A DNA stretch of 54,811 bases from Chloroflexia bacterium (GCA_036389075.1 DASVQO010000546.1:1-54811); one strand, 5' to 3'; positions 42,928 to 52,852 are shown, numbered from the stretch's first letter. Numbers and translations are program-made. The notes: generated by a model not told the origin, from the sequence alone.

Positions 42928-42993
42928 GATAACCACTCCTTGTAAAACATGATACATATGGCTTATGATATACATATGTATGCTTCTAGCCAT

Positions 42994-43022
42994 ATTGTAA
43001 GTCGCCATCAGAAAGTTGTCAA
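42994..43022 (-). promoter_or_regulatory. Sigma70-type promoter of the GGDEF-RHH gene
   Basis: On the minus strand: TTGACA (43022-43017), a 17-nt spacer, then TACAAT (42999-42994). The leader contains two TACATATG boxes (42953-42960, 42971-42978). Confidence 0.6.
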
Positions 43023-43073
43023 TGGGAAGAAAGTACTTCCGAACGGGTAAGGGTCCGCACCAAACGAACACAC

Positions 43074-43103
43074 AAAAAAAGTGGCCCTGAGATGGAAGCC
43101 ACT
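43074..43103 (-). terminator. Rho-independent terminator downstream of the CPBP protease gene
   Basis: The minus strand reads agtggc-ttccatctcagg-gccact followed by ttttttt. Confidence 0.5.
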
Positions 43104-43284
43104 CCTGTGATATTCCCAATGCTGGAAGGAATTGGAAGCTACCTCACGAACAATATTGTGCGATAGCTTCTAGCTTCAAATACCAGCCGACACGCCCCAA
43201 CCATCAGCTACTTGGCGAGTCCTTTTCGTTCTTTGCACCTTTGCCTTTTCATCTCAGTCCTCAGGACTTGCCACTGGTCACTCG

Positions 43285-43992
43285 TCACGTCTCGTAGCTA
43301 TCGAGCCAGGCGCGCTTGTCCCGGGCTTTGAAGAGTTGGAGGAGGTTGATAACGTAATGGGCGGTGAGGGGGAGAAGGAGACCGCCCGACCAGACGAATA
43401 GGAGGCTGAGCCACAGGCCCATCGCGCCAGTGAGCACTACGCCGAGCGTGCCCTGGGGCGAGTGCATCAGCCCGAATATGGCCGCGAAGCCCACCAGGAG
43501 GATGGGCAGGGGCACCGTGGCGCTCAGACCCCCGATGAGTAAGGAGCGGAACAACACCTCTTCCAGCACGACCGCCACGAAGAGCGCGGCGGGCACCAGC
43601 AGCCACTCGACGCGGGTGCGGGGCATGATGTTCTTCATCACGACGGGGGAGTATATATCCTTGCCCCACTTGCGTATCGCCAGCAGCGTCAGCGCGTTCA
43701 CCAGGAACTGCGACAGCATGCCCACCACGATACCCAGGCCCGCATCGCGCAGGGCGTTGTCGAAGTTCCAGCCAAGCTGCGCGTCCGGCAGGCCGCTCAC
43801 GAAGCCCAGGCCCACGCAGATGACCACCAGCACGACCTTGACGACGTTCTCCACGGGGGCGAGCAGCAGGTTCTCGGTCACGGGCACGGAGCGCAACAAC
43901 CGCCCGCTCTGATAGGTCGCCCACGCCAGCGCGATGGTCACTCCTAACGCTCCGAGAACAAAGAGGGGATACATGCTATAGATATGGTACAA
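43285..43992 (-). CDS. CPBP-family (CAAX/Abi) intramembrane glutamic endopeptidase
   Basis: LEEVLFRSLL (EExxxR) and FGLMH motifs in a polytopic membrane protein. Confidence 0.8.
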   Translation of the reverse strand: MYHIYSMYPLFVLGALGVTIALAWATYQSGRLLRSVPVTENLLLAPVENVVKVVLVVICVGLGFVSGLPDAQLGWNFDNALRDAGLGIVVGMLSQFLVNALTLLAIRKWGKDIYSPVVMKNIMPRTRVEWLLVPAALFVAVVLEEVLFRSLLIGGLSATVPLPILLVGFAAIFGLMHSPQGTLGVVLTGAMGLWLSLLFVWSGGLLLPLTAHYVINLLQLFKARDKRAWLDSYET

Positions 43993-44238
43993 AGTGGTTC
44001 AAGATGTGTCAAGCGGCTGAGGCACGAACGGCGTGCGAGGATTGCTTGACGGCTTGCGCTCAGCGGCACGAATGCTCTATACCGAACGCAAAATTGAACC
44101 ATTCACAGTGCTCAAACTGTACGTTTAAGCACAAGGCACTACATCAGGATAACGGCGATGGAGGAACGAGCAGTCTCGCCTCCAGCGCACGGCTACAGAA
44201 GCTGATACACGCGCACCTCCATCCGCCCCACAGGAGGT

Positions 44239-46721
44239 GTGAAATTGCAAGCTTCTTCTTCTCTTCGCCTCGGCACTATAGGACCCCTCAACGTCAGGCT
44301 CCACTATACATGGCTGCTCGCCGCCGTGCTCGGTCTGTGGTGGCTCGCGCTGCTCTGGCTGCCGGACAACTACCCTGGTTGGCCGGGTGCGTTCTACTGG
44401 CTCGTGTCGGCGGCCGTGCTCGCCCTCTTCTTCCTCAGCGTCGTGGCGCACGAGCTAGTCCACTCGGCCACTGCGCGCAGCGGCAGGCGCACGGTATTCC
44501 TGTTTCCCTTTGGGGCCGCCCAGCCCTTCCGCCTGCAAGAAATGGAGCCTGCGCGCGCCGTAACGTCCTCTCTCGCGGGGCCGGTATTCAACCTCGTGTT
44601 GGGCGGTCTGCTCCTGGCGGCGGGAGGGCTGATTGGTGACACGGTGGGCATACCTGGCGGCATCAAGGGGCTAACGCACGCGCTCGGCCTGCTCAATATC
44701 GCGTTCGGCATTATCAACCTTATACCGGGCGTACCCTTTGACGGGGGTTGGGTGCTCGCTTCGGCTATAACGTGGTTTGGGATGGACAGCGAGTCGGCGT
44801 TACGCGTGGGCAGCACCAGGGCAGGCTCGCGGCGCTTGCCCTGGTGCTGCTGGGTGCCTGGCAGGGCCTCACCACCGACCGGTGGATAATAGCCCTGTCG
44901 CTGGTGCTCGTCGGTTGGGCCGCCCGCGAGGCGGGCGCTATAGGGCAACAGCGGGGCCTCCTGCTGGGCGTGTTCGAGCAGATGAACGCCCGCGAGCTCA
45001 TGGAGCGCGCCCGGCCCATCGACGTAGTAAGCGCGAGCGATAGCGTGGCCGACATGGTGCGCTCCCACCCGCGCTACGACCCCGCGACCCCTCTGCCCGT
45101 GTTGAACGAAGCGGGCGCGCTGGTGGGTATTGTCTCTATCGGGGCCGCCGAGCAACTGCTGCAAGGCACGTGGTCCAGCACCCCCGTTACCGCTCTGATG
45201 AAGCAGACCTCCGGCGCGCAGGCAGTCAATGGCAGTACCACTTTGACCAGGGTGCTGGAGATTGTAGAAGCAAGACGGGGCAATCCCCTGGAGGAGGAGC
45301 ACATCCCGGTAATTGAAGGTGGCATGCTGGTAGGCAGCATCGACCCGGCCCGCCTGCTCCCGTTCACCCAGGTGGAGGACGAGTTCGGCATCAACAACGT
45401 GGAACGAAGCGCGGCCCCGTCGGGCTTCTTCCGCAGCCTGGGAGCGGTCTTGCCCGCAGCGATAGTCATAGCGGCGATGGCGATACTGGGTAACCTGGCC
45501 CTGCGCACCGACCCCGCCGAATTGCGCGACCTCACAGATGCCAGCACCGGGGCAAACGTCACCTTCAGCAATATGCGCCCCCCCGAAGGGGCTTTCCTGG
45601 GCGTGGGCAGCACCCAGGTCAGCATCGACCTGGAAAGCGCGCGGCCTATCTCCGATGTGACTATACTGCTCGACGGCTCGCCCCTGGAAACTATCTTCAC
45701 CGGCACCGACCCCATCACCCGGACCACTGCCACCGCCCATGTGCCCAGCCTGCTGCTTGGCCCGCACACCGTGAGCGTCACGGCCACGACCCTGAGCGGC
45801 AGGACCAGGACAACCTCCTGGAGCTTCAGGGCCAGTTCCAGCGTGCAAGCCGGGGGAGAGAGCGACGGGCCGGGAGCACCTGAAACGGTGGGCCTTGAAG
45901 TGCTCAACTACCGGCCCGCTCTTGGCCGCCGACTCCTGGCAGGTTCCACCGACGTGCCGGTGAGCATAGACATACAGAGCCGTGGAGTGCTCTCTAACGT
46001 GCGGTTAATGGTGGATGGGCAAGACTTGCCGGCGGAAATCTCGCCTATTGAGGGCGCAGAGGGCCACTACCGGGTTAGCGGCACGCTACCCACCGCCCTT
46101 GAGGGCACACACCGGGTAAAGGCCCGGGTGCAAGGCGAGGACGGCAACATTATCTCGGAATGGACCTTCTCATCGCTCACCCCCAACGACGACCTGGCGT
46201 ACTTCGAGGCGACCGGGCACTTCGTGGGCCAGCCGTTCCTCGATTACTGGCAGCAGAACGGAGGGCTGGCTATCTTCGGCTACCCCATCTCCGAGCGGCT
46301 GAGAGAAACCGATGAAGCCACAGGCGAGACGTATACCACCATCTACTTCGAGCGCGCACGCTTCGAGTTGCACCCCGACCTCGGTAACCAGGTGGTACTT
46401 GGCCGGTTGGGTGCGCTCCTCCACGAGCCTGAGCCTGCCGCCCAGCCCATCGAGGGCGCGCAGTTCTTCCCCGAGACGGGCCACAACCTGTCGGGTAAGT
46501 TCCTGGACTACTGGAACAGCAGCGGCGGCCTTGCCCTCTTCGGCTACCCCATCAGCGAGGAGCGCGTGGAGGTGAATCCCATCGACGGCAAGGAATACAC
46601 GGTGCAGTACTTCGAGCGCAACCGCTTCGAGTTACACCCGGAGGAGGCAGACACCCAGTTCCAGATCCAGTTAGGCCAGCTAGGCACGGAACTTTACCGG
46701 CAGAAGTACGGGACGCAATAG
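44239..46721 (+). pseudogene. Site-2 (M50) metalloprotease-CBS pair-two Ig-like domains-two VQYFERARFE-type repeats, interrupted by a frameshift near 44815-44830
   Basis: ORF 44239..44889 carries HELVH and NLIPGVPFDGGWVL (M50). The expected continuation (GRLAALALVLLGAWQGL..., the CBS pair ARELMERARPIDVV.../LPVLNEAGALVGIVS, then the C-terminal repeats) is in ORF 44748..46721, one frame away. The frames overlap by about 140 nt. Confidence 0.65.
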
Positions 46722-46871
46722 GGAAGTCAGCGCTCGTAAGACTGCGGTCCACGACAAACGCCAGAACGTGCTCTGCGGTCTCGTCCTTACCTCCACTGCT
46801 CTTGAGGGCAAGTCTGGTATGCTACAATATAGGCATCATGGAATGAAGATGTTACGGAGGACAGCGCAACT

Positions 46872-47645
46872 ATGGCACAAGAGGAACGGGTACGTAACCT
46901 GGCTTGGGACGCCTGCTACAATGCTCGCGAGGTGGGCGGCTACCCCGCCGCCGACGGGAGGCAGACGCGCTGGCAAACCCTCGTGCGCGCCGACAACTTG
47001 CACCGCCTCACCCCCGAAGGGCAAGCAGCCTTGCGAGATTACGGCGTGCGCACCATCATCGACTTGCGCATGGCACACGAGTTGGAGAGGCACCCTAACC
47101 CCTTCGCCGCCTCTCAGGGTGCTGACAATAGGCCCCGTTACCTGCACCTGCCACTCATGGATCTCGAAACTGACGCTGCCTACGAAGCCGCGGTACCAAC
47201 CCAGGGCGAGTACATAGCGATAGTGGAGAGAGGCAAGGAACTTATCGCCACTGTCATCAAAGCCGTGGCGGCCAGCCTCGAAGAAGGCGGGGTGCTCGTG
47301 CACTGTCACGGCGGCAAAGACCGCACGGGCATCGTGGTCGCGCTCCTGCTATCGCTGGCGGGGGTGCCGCGCGAAACCATAGCGGAAGACTACGCGATGA
47401 GCGAGGCCCGGCTGGAGCCTGCCAACTCCGCCTGGCTGGACGAGCAAGCCCGCATCCACGGCCATCCCATAGAGAGGCCCCACTGGATGTACTCGCGGCC
47501 CGAGAAAATGGCGAGCCTACTCGCCTACCTCGACCAGCACTACGGCGGCGTGGAAGGCTACCTTGCCGCCTGCGGGGTGACCCGGGCCGAAATGGCCCAG
47601 GTCCGCGAACACCTCCTGGCCCCCGCCCTCGATACCACGGATTGA
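46872..47645 (+). CDS. Protein-tyrosine phosphatase (Y_phosphatase3-like)
   Basis: The CX5R active site is HCHGGKDRTG. ACGGAGG RBS is present. A possible extended -10 tgctacaat lies at 46820-46828. Confidence 0.85.
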   Translation: MAQEERVRNLAWDACYNAREVGGYPAADGRQTRWQTLVRADNLHRLTPEGQAALRDYGVRTIIDLRMAHELERHPNPFAASQGADNRPRYLHLPLMDLETDAAYEAAVPTQGEYIAIVERGKELIATVIKAVAASLEEGGVLVHCHGGKDRTGIVVALLLSLAGVPRETIAEDYAMSEARLEPANSAWLDEQARIHGHPIERPHWMYSRPEKMASLLAYLDQHYGGVEGYLAACGVTRAEMAQVREHLLAPALDTTD

Positions 47646-47669
47646 TGCACAACCAACTCCATAAGAAAA

Positions 47670-47843
47670 GGAAACGCCAAGACGCCAAGACGCCAAGACG
47701 CCAAGGACCACGCCAAGATTAAGCATGGTGTTCTAAGTAAGAGAAGCAGGGTACATGATATCGTACCCTGCTCCTTTTTGTACCCTCTAAACCTTTACTA
47801 ACTTGGCGCGTTCTTGGCGTCTTGGCGTCTTGGCGTTTCCGTC
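47670..47843. repeat. ACGCCAAG-octamer inverted-repeat element, copy 3
   Basis: Left arm is ggaa(acgccaag)x4 gaccacgccaagat (47670-47719). Right arm is cttggcgcgttcttggcgtcttggcgtcttggcgtttcc (47802-47840). Confidence 0.85.
47745..47781 (+). terminator. Rho-independent terminator inside repeat copy 3
   Basis: agcagggtac-atgatatc-gtaccctgct followed by cctttttgt. Confidence 0.75.
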
Positions 47844-47854
47844 CATTACACCCG

Positions 47855-49657
47855 CTAAAGGGCAAGTCGCTCCAGGCGGTCGATGAAGCCTTCCAGGATG
47901 TCGAAGGCGCGCTCCACGGGTTCGGGGGTGGACATGTCTACGCCCGCCATCTTGAGGACATCCAGCGGGTAGGTGGAGCTTCCGGCCTTGAGGAACCGCT
48001 TGTAGTCCTCGGCGGCGCTTTCCCCCTTCTCCAGCACGTTGGCGGCCAGGGCGTTGGCGGCCGAGATGCCCGTGGAGTACTGGTAGACATAGAAGTTGAG
48101 GTACATGTGGATCGGGAACTGCGCCCACGTGATGCCCACGCGCGGCCTGTCCACCTCCACCTCCGGCCCGTAGCCCTCCGCGAACATGTCGGCCATCAGC
48201 TCGATCAGCCCGTCCGCCGTGAGCGCCTGCCCGTTCTCCACGCGAGTGTGAATCTCAAGCTCGAAGCGGGCCAGTATCGGCATGATGAAGAAGTAGCGGT
48301 GGAAGTTGTACATCGCCTCTTCTATCACCGAAATCTGGAACTGCGGGTCGTCGTTCTTCTTGAGCAGGTGGGCGCGCACCATCGCCTGGTTGAAGTTCGA
48401 AGCCGTTTCGGCCACGAACATGCCATAGCGGGCGTACACCATCGGCTGGTTGGCCCTCGTCAGGTACGAGTGCATAGAGTGCCCAAGCTCGTGGGCCAGG
48501 GTGCTCATCGACTCCAGGTCGTTGGCGTAGCTCATCAGGATGAAGGGGTTGGTGCCGTAGGAGCCGCCGGAGTACGCGCCGCTCCGCTTGCCCACGTTCG
48601 GGTAAACGTCCACCCAGCGCTGCTCCAGTAGCCCTTTACGCATCGGGTCGCAGTAGTCGCCCCCCAGCGGCCCCATGCCCTCGCAAATCATGTCCACCGC
48701 CTCTTCGAAGGCCAGCCTGGGCTGCGCTTTCGAGAGAGGCGCGAACACGTCGTAAGGGTGGAGCATATCCAGCCCCAGGATTCGGCGGCGCACCGACCAG
48801 TAGCGGTGCCACACCGGGAGCTTGCGCCGGGCCGTGTTGAGCATGTTGTCGTACACTTCGCGCGGAATGAAGTTCTGCGCCAGGGCCGCTTCCACCGCGG
48901 TGCCGTAGTTGTGGGCGCGGGCCAGGAAGACGTCCTTCTTCACGCCGCCCGCAAGCAACGTCGCGAAGGTGTTCTTCACCGACAGGAAACCATCGGCGTG
49001 CTGCTCCCAGGCTTTGCGGCGCACCTCGATATCGGGGTTGCGAAGCAGCGACTGGATAGTGCCGCCCGTCACCGGCAAGTCGCTCTCGCCCGTATTGACG
49101 CTACCGTAATCGAGGTCCGAGTCGGCCAGGGTGCCGTGGGCGCTACGAGGCGTATCGAGCACGTCGGAGGCCATCGCCAGCACCTGCTCGACTTCGGACG
49201 AGCGCACGTGCTCGGCCCTGCGGCGCAGCATGTCGAAGTAGTGCCTGTAGACCTGTAGCTCCGGCTCCTCCTCCATGAAGCGGTCTATCGTCTCCTGCGA
49301 TACGGTGAGCAGTTCCGGCTCGGCAAAGGACAAAGTGGCCGCCACGGAGGCGAACATGCCGCGCGCCTGGTCGCGCAGGGCGGCGGTCTCCTGGTTGGTG
49401 GTATCGCTGTCGTGCATCATGTTGGCGTACACGAACAGTTGCATCATGGGGACGTTGATGCGCTCGGCCAGCTTGAAGTAGCCGAGCAACTGCTGGGCCG
49501 AGTCGCCCAGGTGGCCCTTGTACTGGTCAAGCTCCGGCAGCATGGCGCGGACCTCCGCCGCCTTTGCCTCCCACTTCTCGTTATCGGGGAAGATGCTCCC
49601 CAGGTCCCAGGTATATTTCGCGTCAAGCTCGCTACGCTTGGGTAAAGCTACTGCCAT
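47855..49657 (-). CDS. pepF: Oligoendopeptidase F (M3B family)
   Basis: Zinc site is HELGHSMH. N-terminal KYTWDL, the length and the overall pattern are typical of PepF. Confidence 0.93.
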   Translation of the reverse strand: MAVALPKRSELDAKYTWDLGSIFPDNEKWEAKAAEVRAMLPELDQYKGHLGDSAQQLLGYFKLAERINVPMMQLFVYANMMHDSDTTNQETAALRDQARGMFASVAATLSFAEPELLTVSQETIDRFMEEEPELQVYRHYFDMLRRRAEHVRSSEVEQVLAMASDVLDTPRSAHGTLADSDLDYGSVNTGESDLPVTGGTIQSLLRNPDIEVRRKAWEQHADGFLSVKNTFATLLAGGVKKDVFLARAHNYGTAVEAALAQNFIPREVYDNMLNTARRKLPVWHRYWSVRRRILGLDMLHPYDVFAPLSKAQPRLAFEEAVDMICEGMGPLGGDYCDPMRKGLLEQRWVDVYPNVGKRSGAYSGGSYGTNPFILMSYANDLESMSTLAHELGHSMHSYLTRANQPMVYARYGMFVAETASNFNQAMVRAHLLKKNDDPQFQISVIEEAMYNFHRYFFIMPILARFELEIHTRVENGQALTADGLIELMADMFAEGYGPEVEVDRPRVGITWAQFPIHMYLNFYVYQYSTGISAANALAANVLEKGESAAEDYKRFLKAGSSTYPLDVLKMAGVDMSTPEPVERAFDILEGFIDRLERLAL

Positions 49658-49737
49658 ACTCGTTTTGCTCCTCTCGCTGAATAGTATAGATATTTATCTA
49701 CAATATCGGGTTAGAATGTCAAGGAAAGTCGGGTATT

Positions 49738-49795
49738 AGAAATGCGGATTTCGGATTCGTGGAAGCAATCCCACAAATCCGAAATCCGCATTTCT
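49738..49795. repeat. 20-bp perfect inverted repeat built from CGGATTT heptamers
   Basis: agaaatgcggatttcggatt (49738-49757), an 18-nt loop, then aatccgaaatccgcatttct (49776-49795). It lies between the 3' end of 49816..50703 and the pepF start. Confidence 0.8.
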
Positions 49796-49815
49796 ACTTT
49801 CTAATTACCGTACTG

Positions 49816-50703
49816 TTAGCGTCCGGTGGTCTTTGCGCGACGCGCCAGCACGCCGATGCCCAGCAGGCCCAGCGCCGCCAGCAGCATTGTGAGCAGCATT
49901 GGCGTCTCGGACTGGCCTGTGGTAGGCATGCCGGGGAGCGCGCCACTGTCGGGCGTGGCTACAGGCATTACCTCGGTGGGGATCGCTTCGGTAGTAGCGG
50001 TCTCAACCGGCAGGACAGGGGCCGAGGTGCTGGTGGGCACCGCCGCGCCGGTCGTGGCCGTAGCGGGGACCGCCGTGTCGGAAGCGCCGGTGGTCGGGCT
50101 GACCGCCGGGGCCGTGGTAGCCACTGCCGTGGCAGCAGTGGTGGCCGTAGCGGGGACAGCGGTGGCCGGTGCGGTCGTAGCGGTAGCGGGGACCGCCGTG
50201 GGCGGGACTGCCGTGGGCGGGACTGCCGTAGGCGGGACCGCTGTAGCCGTTGCGGGCTGCGCGACCTGGGTGGCCTGCTCAGTAGTAAGCAGACAGAAGT
50301 AGATCACAGCCGTGTTGTTGCTCGAGGCACCCTGGATGGTGATCGCCCACTTGCCGGGAGCAAAGTCCACGAACTCCTCGGGTACGGTCAGGCGAATGCC
50401 CACGGAGCCGTCGGGGGCCGCGCCACCCTCGATCGGGTTAGCCGTGCCGAACACTTCCTGTGTGGGCGTGGTAAACCAGAAAGAGACGTCTTCGCGAGGC
50501 GTGAACCCGGTGCCCCGGAAGATTATGGTGGAATTGACCGTGCCGTAGGTCGGGGTCGCCGTGCCGTTCACTGTGCCGGTGGTATCGCAAGCCGACGAAG
50601 ACTGGGCGCTCGCCCTGCCCGCCGCTCCCACCGAAAGCACCAGTGCCAGCAGGACCGCCGCCACCATCGTAAATATGCGTGTGTTCCTAAACATAGCCCT
50701 CAC
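49816..50703 (-). CDS. Secreted protein with Ig-like N-domain, P/T/A-rich stalk and an LPXTG-like C-terminal sorting signal
   Basis: Has a signal peptide. The stalk has AVPPTAVPPTAVPPTAVP. The C-terminus LPGMPTTG plus hydrophobic LLTMLLAALGLLGIGVL plus RRAKTTGR has the tripartite sortase-substrate layout. Confidence 0.7.
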   Translation of the reverse strand: MRAMFRNTRIFTMVAAVLLALVLSVGAAGRASAQSSSACDTTGTVNGTATPTYGTVNSTIIFRGTGFTPREDVSFWFTTPTQEVFGTANPIEGGAAPDGSVGIRLTVPEEFVDFAPGKWAITIQGASSNNTAVIYFCLLTTEQATQVAQPATATAVPPTAVPPTAVPPTAVPATATTAPATAVPATATTAATAVATTAPAVSPTTGASDTAVPATATTGAAVPTSTSAPVLPVETATTEAIPTEVMPVATPDSGALPGMPTTGQSETPMLLTMLLAALGLLGIGVLARRAKTTGR

Positions 50704-50996
50704 TTCCTCCTTAACTGTATCGCAATAATAGAAAAGAGTCGCGTCCGCAGCAACCTGAATAATGAAGTCTGCAATAACAATGCCACCATTTGTATACGGC
50801 CGCTAACTTACATGTGAATCCGCATCTAATATGCATGCCCCCTGTATGCACAACAGGACGATTTATAAGCACAGCCGGTATATGCTCCCGACGCGGCGGT
50901 AAGCACAGCCTCCGCGCCGCATAAGGTACAATAGGATCAAGTGCGGCGACCTTGACGAGCGACAAACCCTAATCCCCTCACCCGTGAGATACCCAT

Positions 50997-51431
50997 ATGT
51001 TCGCGGACCCTCCAGGCCCAGACAAAACACAAGCGCCCCCCCGCCCCTGCCCCGTGTGCGCCAGCAGCCGGGTGGCCTCGTCCACGTACAGGCACGACAC
51101 CAGGCGCGGGGTTACGGTTGGCGCGCCCGGCAAGTCGCCCGGCTTCTGGGGGCTGCTCACCTGGGTGTTGAGCACCTTTCTGCTGAACGGTGCGCTGCCT
51201 TATTTCTTAGGCGGCCCGTTCGGCATGGCGGGTGCGGTGCCCTTCTGGGTGCCTGTGGGCCTGGCGGCGGGCGTGATGCTGGCCGTCAGCGTGGTGCAGG
51301 AATGGCGGCAGGCTAACGCCGTGCGCGTGGACAGCTACACCTGCCGGGCCTGCGGGCACGAGTGGAAGCTCAGGGACGGCAGGCCCGTGCGCGAGGGCGT
51401 GCCCGTTCCTAGACGGCCCACTGAAGAGTAG
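50997..51431 (+). CDS. Hypothetical membrane protein with split zinc-ribbon (CPVC ... CRAC)
   Basis: CPVCASSRV at the N-terminus, two TM helices, then CRACGHEW near the C-terminus. No family recognised. Confidence 0.5.
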   Translation: MFADPPGPDKTQAPPRPCPVCASSRVASSTYRHDTRRGVTVGAPGKSPGFWGLLTWVLSTFLLNGALPYFLGGPFGMAGAVPFWVPVGLAAGVMLAVSVVQEWRQANAVRVDSYTCRACGHEWKLRDGRPVREGVPVPRRPTEE

Positions 51432-52670
51432 CTAAGGCGCTACCGTGGGCGACGTTGTGGGCAAAGCGGTATTTCCGGTGCCGCCCTGCCCTTCGGTGCT
51501 GTGTAGCACGTTGCCGGTGGACGCGTCCACGATGAAGCTCAGTTCCGTCTTGAACTCCGGGGAACGATATCCAACTTCCCAGATGAGAGGTACACCGAAC
51601 TGTTCCTGGCAATTGCACTCCAGGTAGGTGCGTAAGGACGGTTGTAAGGTTAGACCTTTGCTCTGGGCGAAACGTTCAGCAGCCGGTGCCGTCAGTTGGT
51701 AGACTTGCCTGGGGCCAAGTTTCAGGCTTGCCTCGAGCGTCTCGGGAAGGCTTAGCCGCTCCGGTGTCAGGGCCGCGAGGTTGTAGTCGAGGTTAGTGAT
51801 ACGCCTCAGACGGGGCGGGTCGGTATCCAGCACCTCAACGAGGATAATCTCACCTGAGGGCGCGAGGAAGCGGAAGTCCACACTCATAGGCGTCCTGTCC
51901 GGGCTGTACGGCCCAGGGGCATCGTACATGATGCCCGCCGACACCGAATTCAGAATCACGGCGTTGTCTACCCGGCTCGCCTGCTTCTTCGCGAACTCGA
52001 ACAATTGCGGCTGTGAAGCCGCGGGGCCGGTAGTGAGGTACCGGTAAGCCTTCAAGCCGAGGAACCAGGAAAGGCCCGCCACCAGAATAAACAACCCGAG
52101 GCCAAAGATCACACGTACAACCGGCCTAGCGAGCCAACGCGCGAAGGCAGTCGCCCGGACCGGGGGAGACGATAGAAGGGCAACTACGCCAATACAAAGA
52201 AAGGCTGCTACGGAAAACCCCAGGCTAAGGTCAACCGCGTAATCGTTCCTGAGAACCCCAAAAATCATGTACGTACCGGCGAAAAGAGCCATAGCCATAC
52301 CAGTAGAGAGCAAGAATCCCGTGGGGAACATGATCTCCCTGTACGTAAGTGTGTTCCGCCCCGTACGGGCAATAGTAGACCCGTATTCGGACCCACGTTG
52401 CATCGACTTCTGCATCACCCTGGCCTTGTCTATAGACAAGGCCAGCAGGCAAAGCCAGCCGATTACCAGGAATATACCTACAGGCAATCCGAGGTCGGGA
52501 TAGACGGGCACGTACCATGCACCTACAGAAGCGACCCCCAGCACAAGTGTCATCACAGGCAGTAGCTTATGCCACGAACCCAGGCCCATCGTGCCAGCTG
52601 CGACCTTAGCCTCGGCTTCGTTATCATCGTCAGCGACTGAATAGCGCATCAGGTTACTCCGCTTTAACAC
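51432..52670 (-). CDS. Polytopic membrane protein with extracytoplasmic PepSY-like C-terminal region
   Basis: About 6 TM helices in the N-terminal half. The C-terminus has VPLIWEVGYRSPEFKTELSFIVDASTGNVL (PepSY-like W.V......v.vDa.tG.vl). The family assignment is tentative. Confidence 0.55.
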   Translation of the reverse strand: MLKRSNLMRYSVADDDNEAEAKVAAGTMGLGSWHKLLPVMTLVLGVASVGAWYVPVYPDLGLPVGIFLVIGWLCLLALSIDKARVMQKSMQRGSEYGSTIARTGRNTLTYREIMFPTGFLLSTGMAMALFAGTYMIFGVLRNDYAVDLSLGFSVAAFLCIGVVALLSSPPVRATAFARWLARPVVRVIFGLGLFILVAGLSWFLGLKAYRYLTTGPAASQPQLFEFAKKQASRVDNAVILNSVSAGIMYDAPGPYSPDRTPMSVDFRFLAPSGEIILVEVLDTDPPRLRRITNLDYNLAALTPERLSLPETLEASLKLGPRQVYQLTAPAAERFAQSKGLTLQPSLRTYLECNCQEQFGVPLIWEVGYRSPEFKTELSFIVDASTGNVLHSTEGQGGTGNTALPTTSPTVAP

Positions 52671-52852
52671 TACTACACAGCAGTATCAGCTAAGTGTCCG
52701 GTCCCCACGGACCAGGCGGGCTACACATCTTGCTACACACCCATTGTACGGCATGGCATTTCCGGTGGGCAAAAGTCGTGAGGTCGGAAGTCCGCAGGAC
52801 TTACTCAGTCCCGGCAAGGAAGGCAGGTTGCCTCGCCGTGGTGCCCTGTGGG

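Noticed and set aside
42928-43119. N-terminal 64-codon extension of the GGDEF-RHH ORF (start at 43119).
   Set aside because: The extension is AT-rich with odd composition (Cys/Phe/His/Met-rich). It contains a near-consensus promoter on the coding strand, and a GGAG RBS precedes the internal ATG at 42927.
44815-44830. Programmed -1 ribosomal frameshift in the M50-CBS protease gene.
   Set aside because: There is no slippery heptamer and no obvious downstream pseudoknot or hairpin at the frame junction. An indel or a sequencing error is the simpler explanation.
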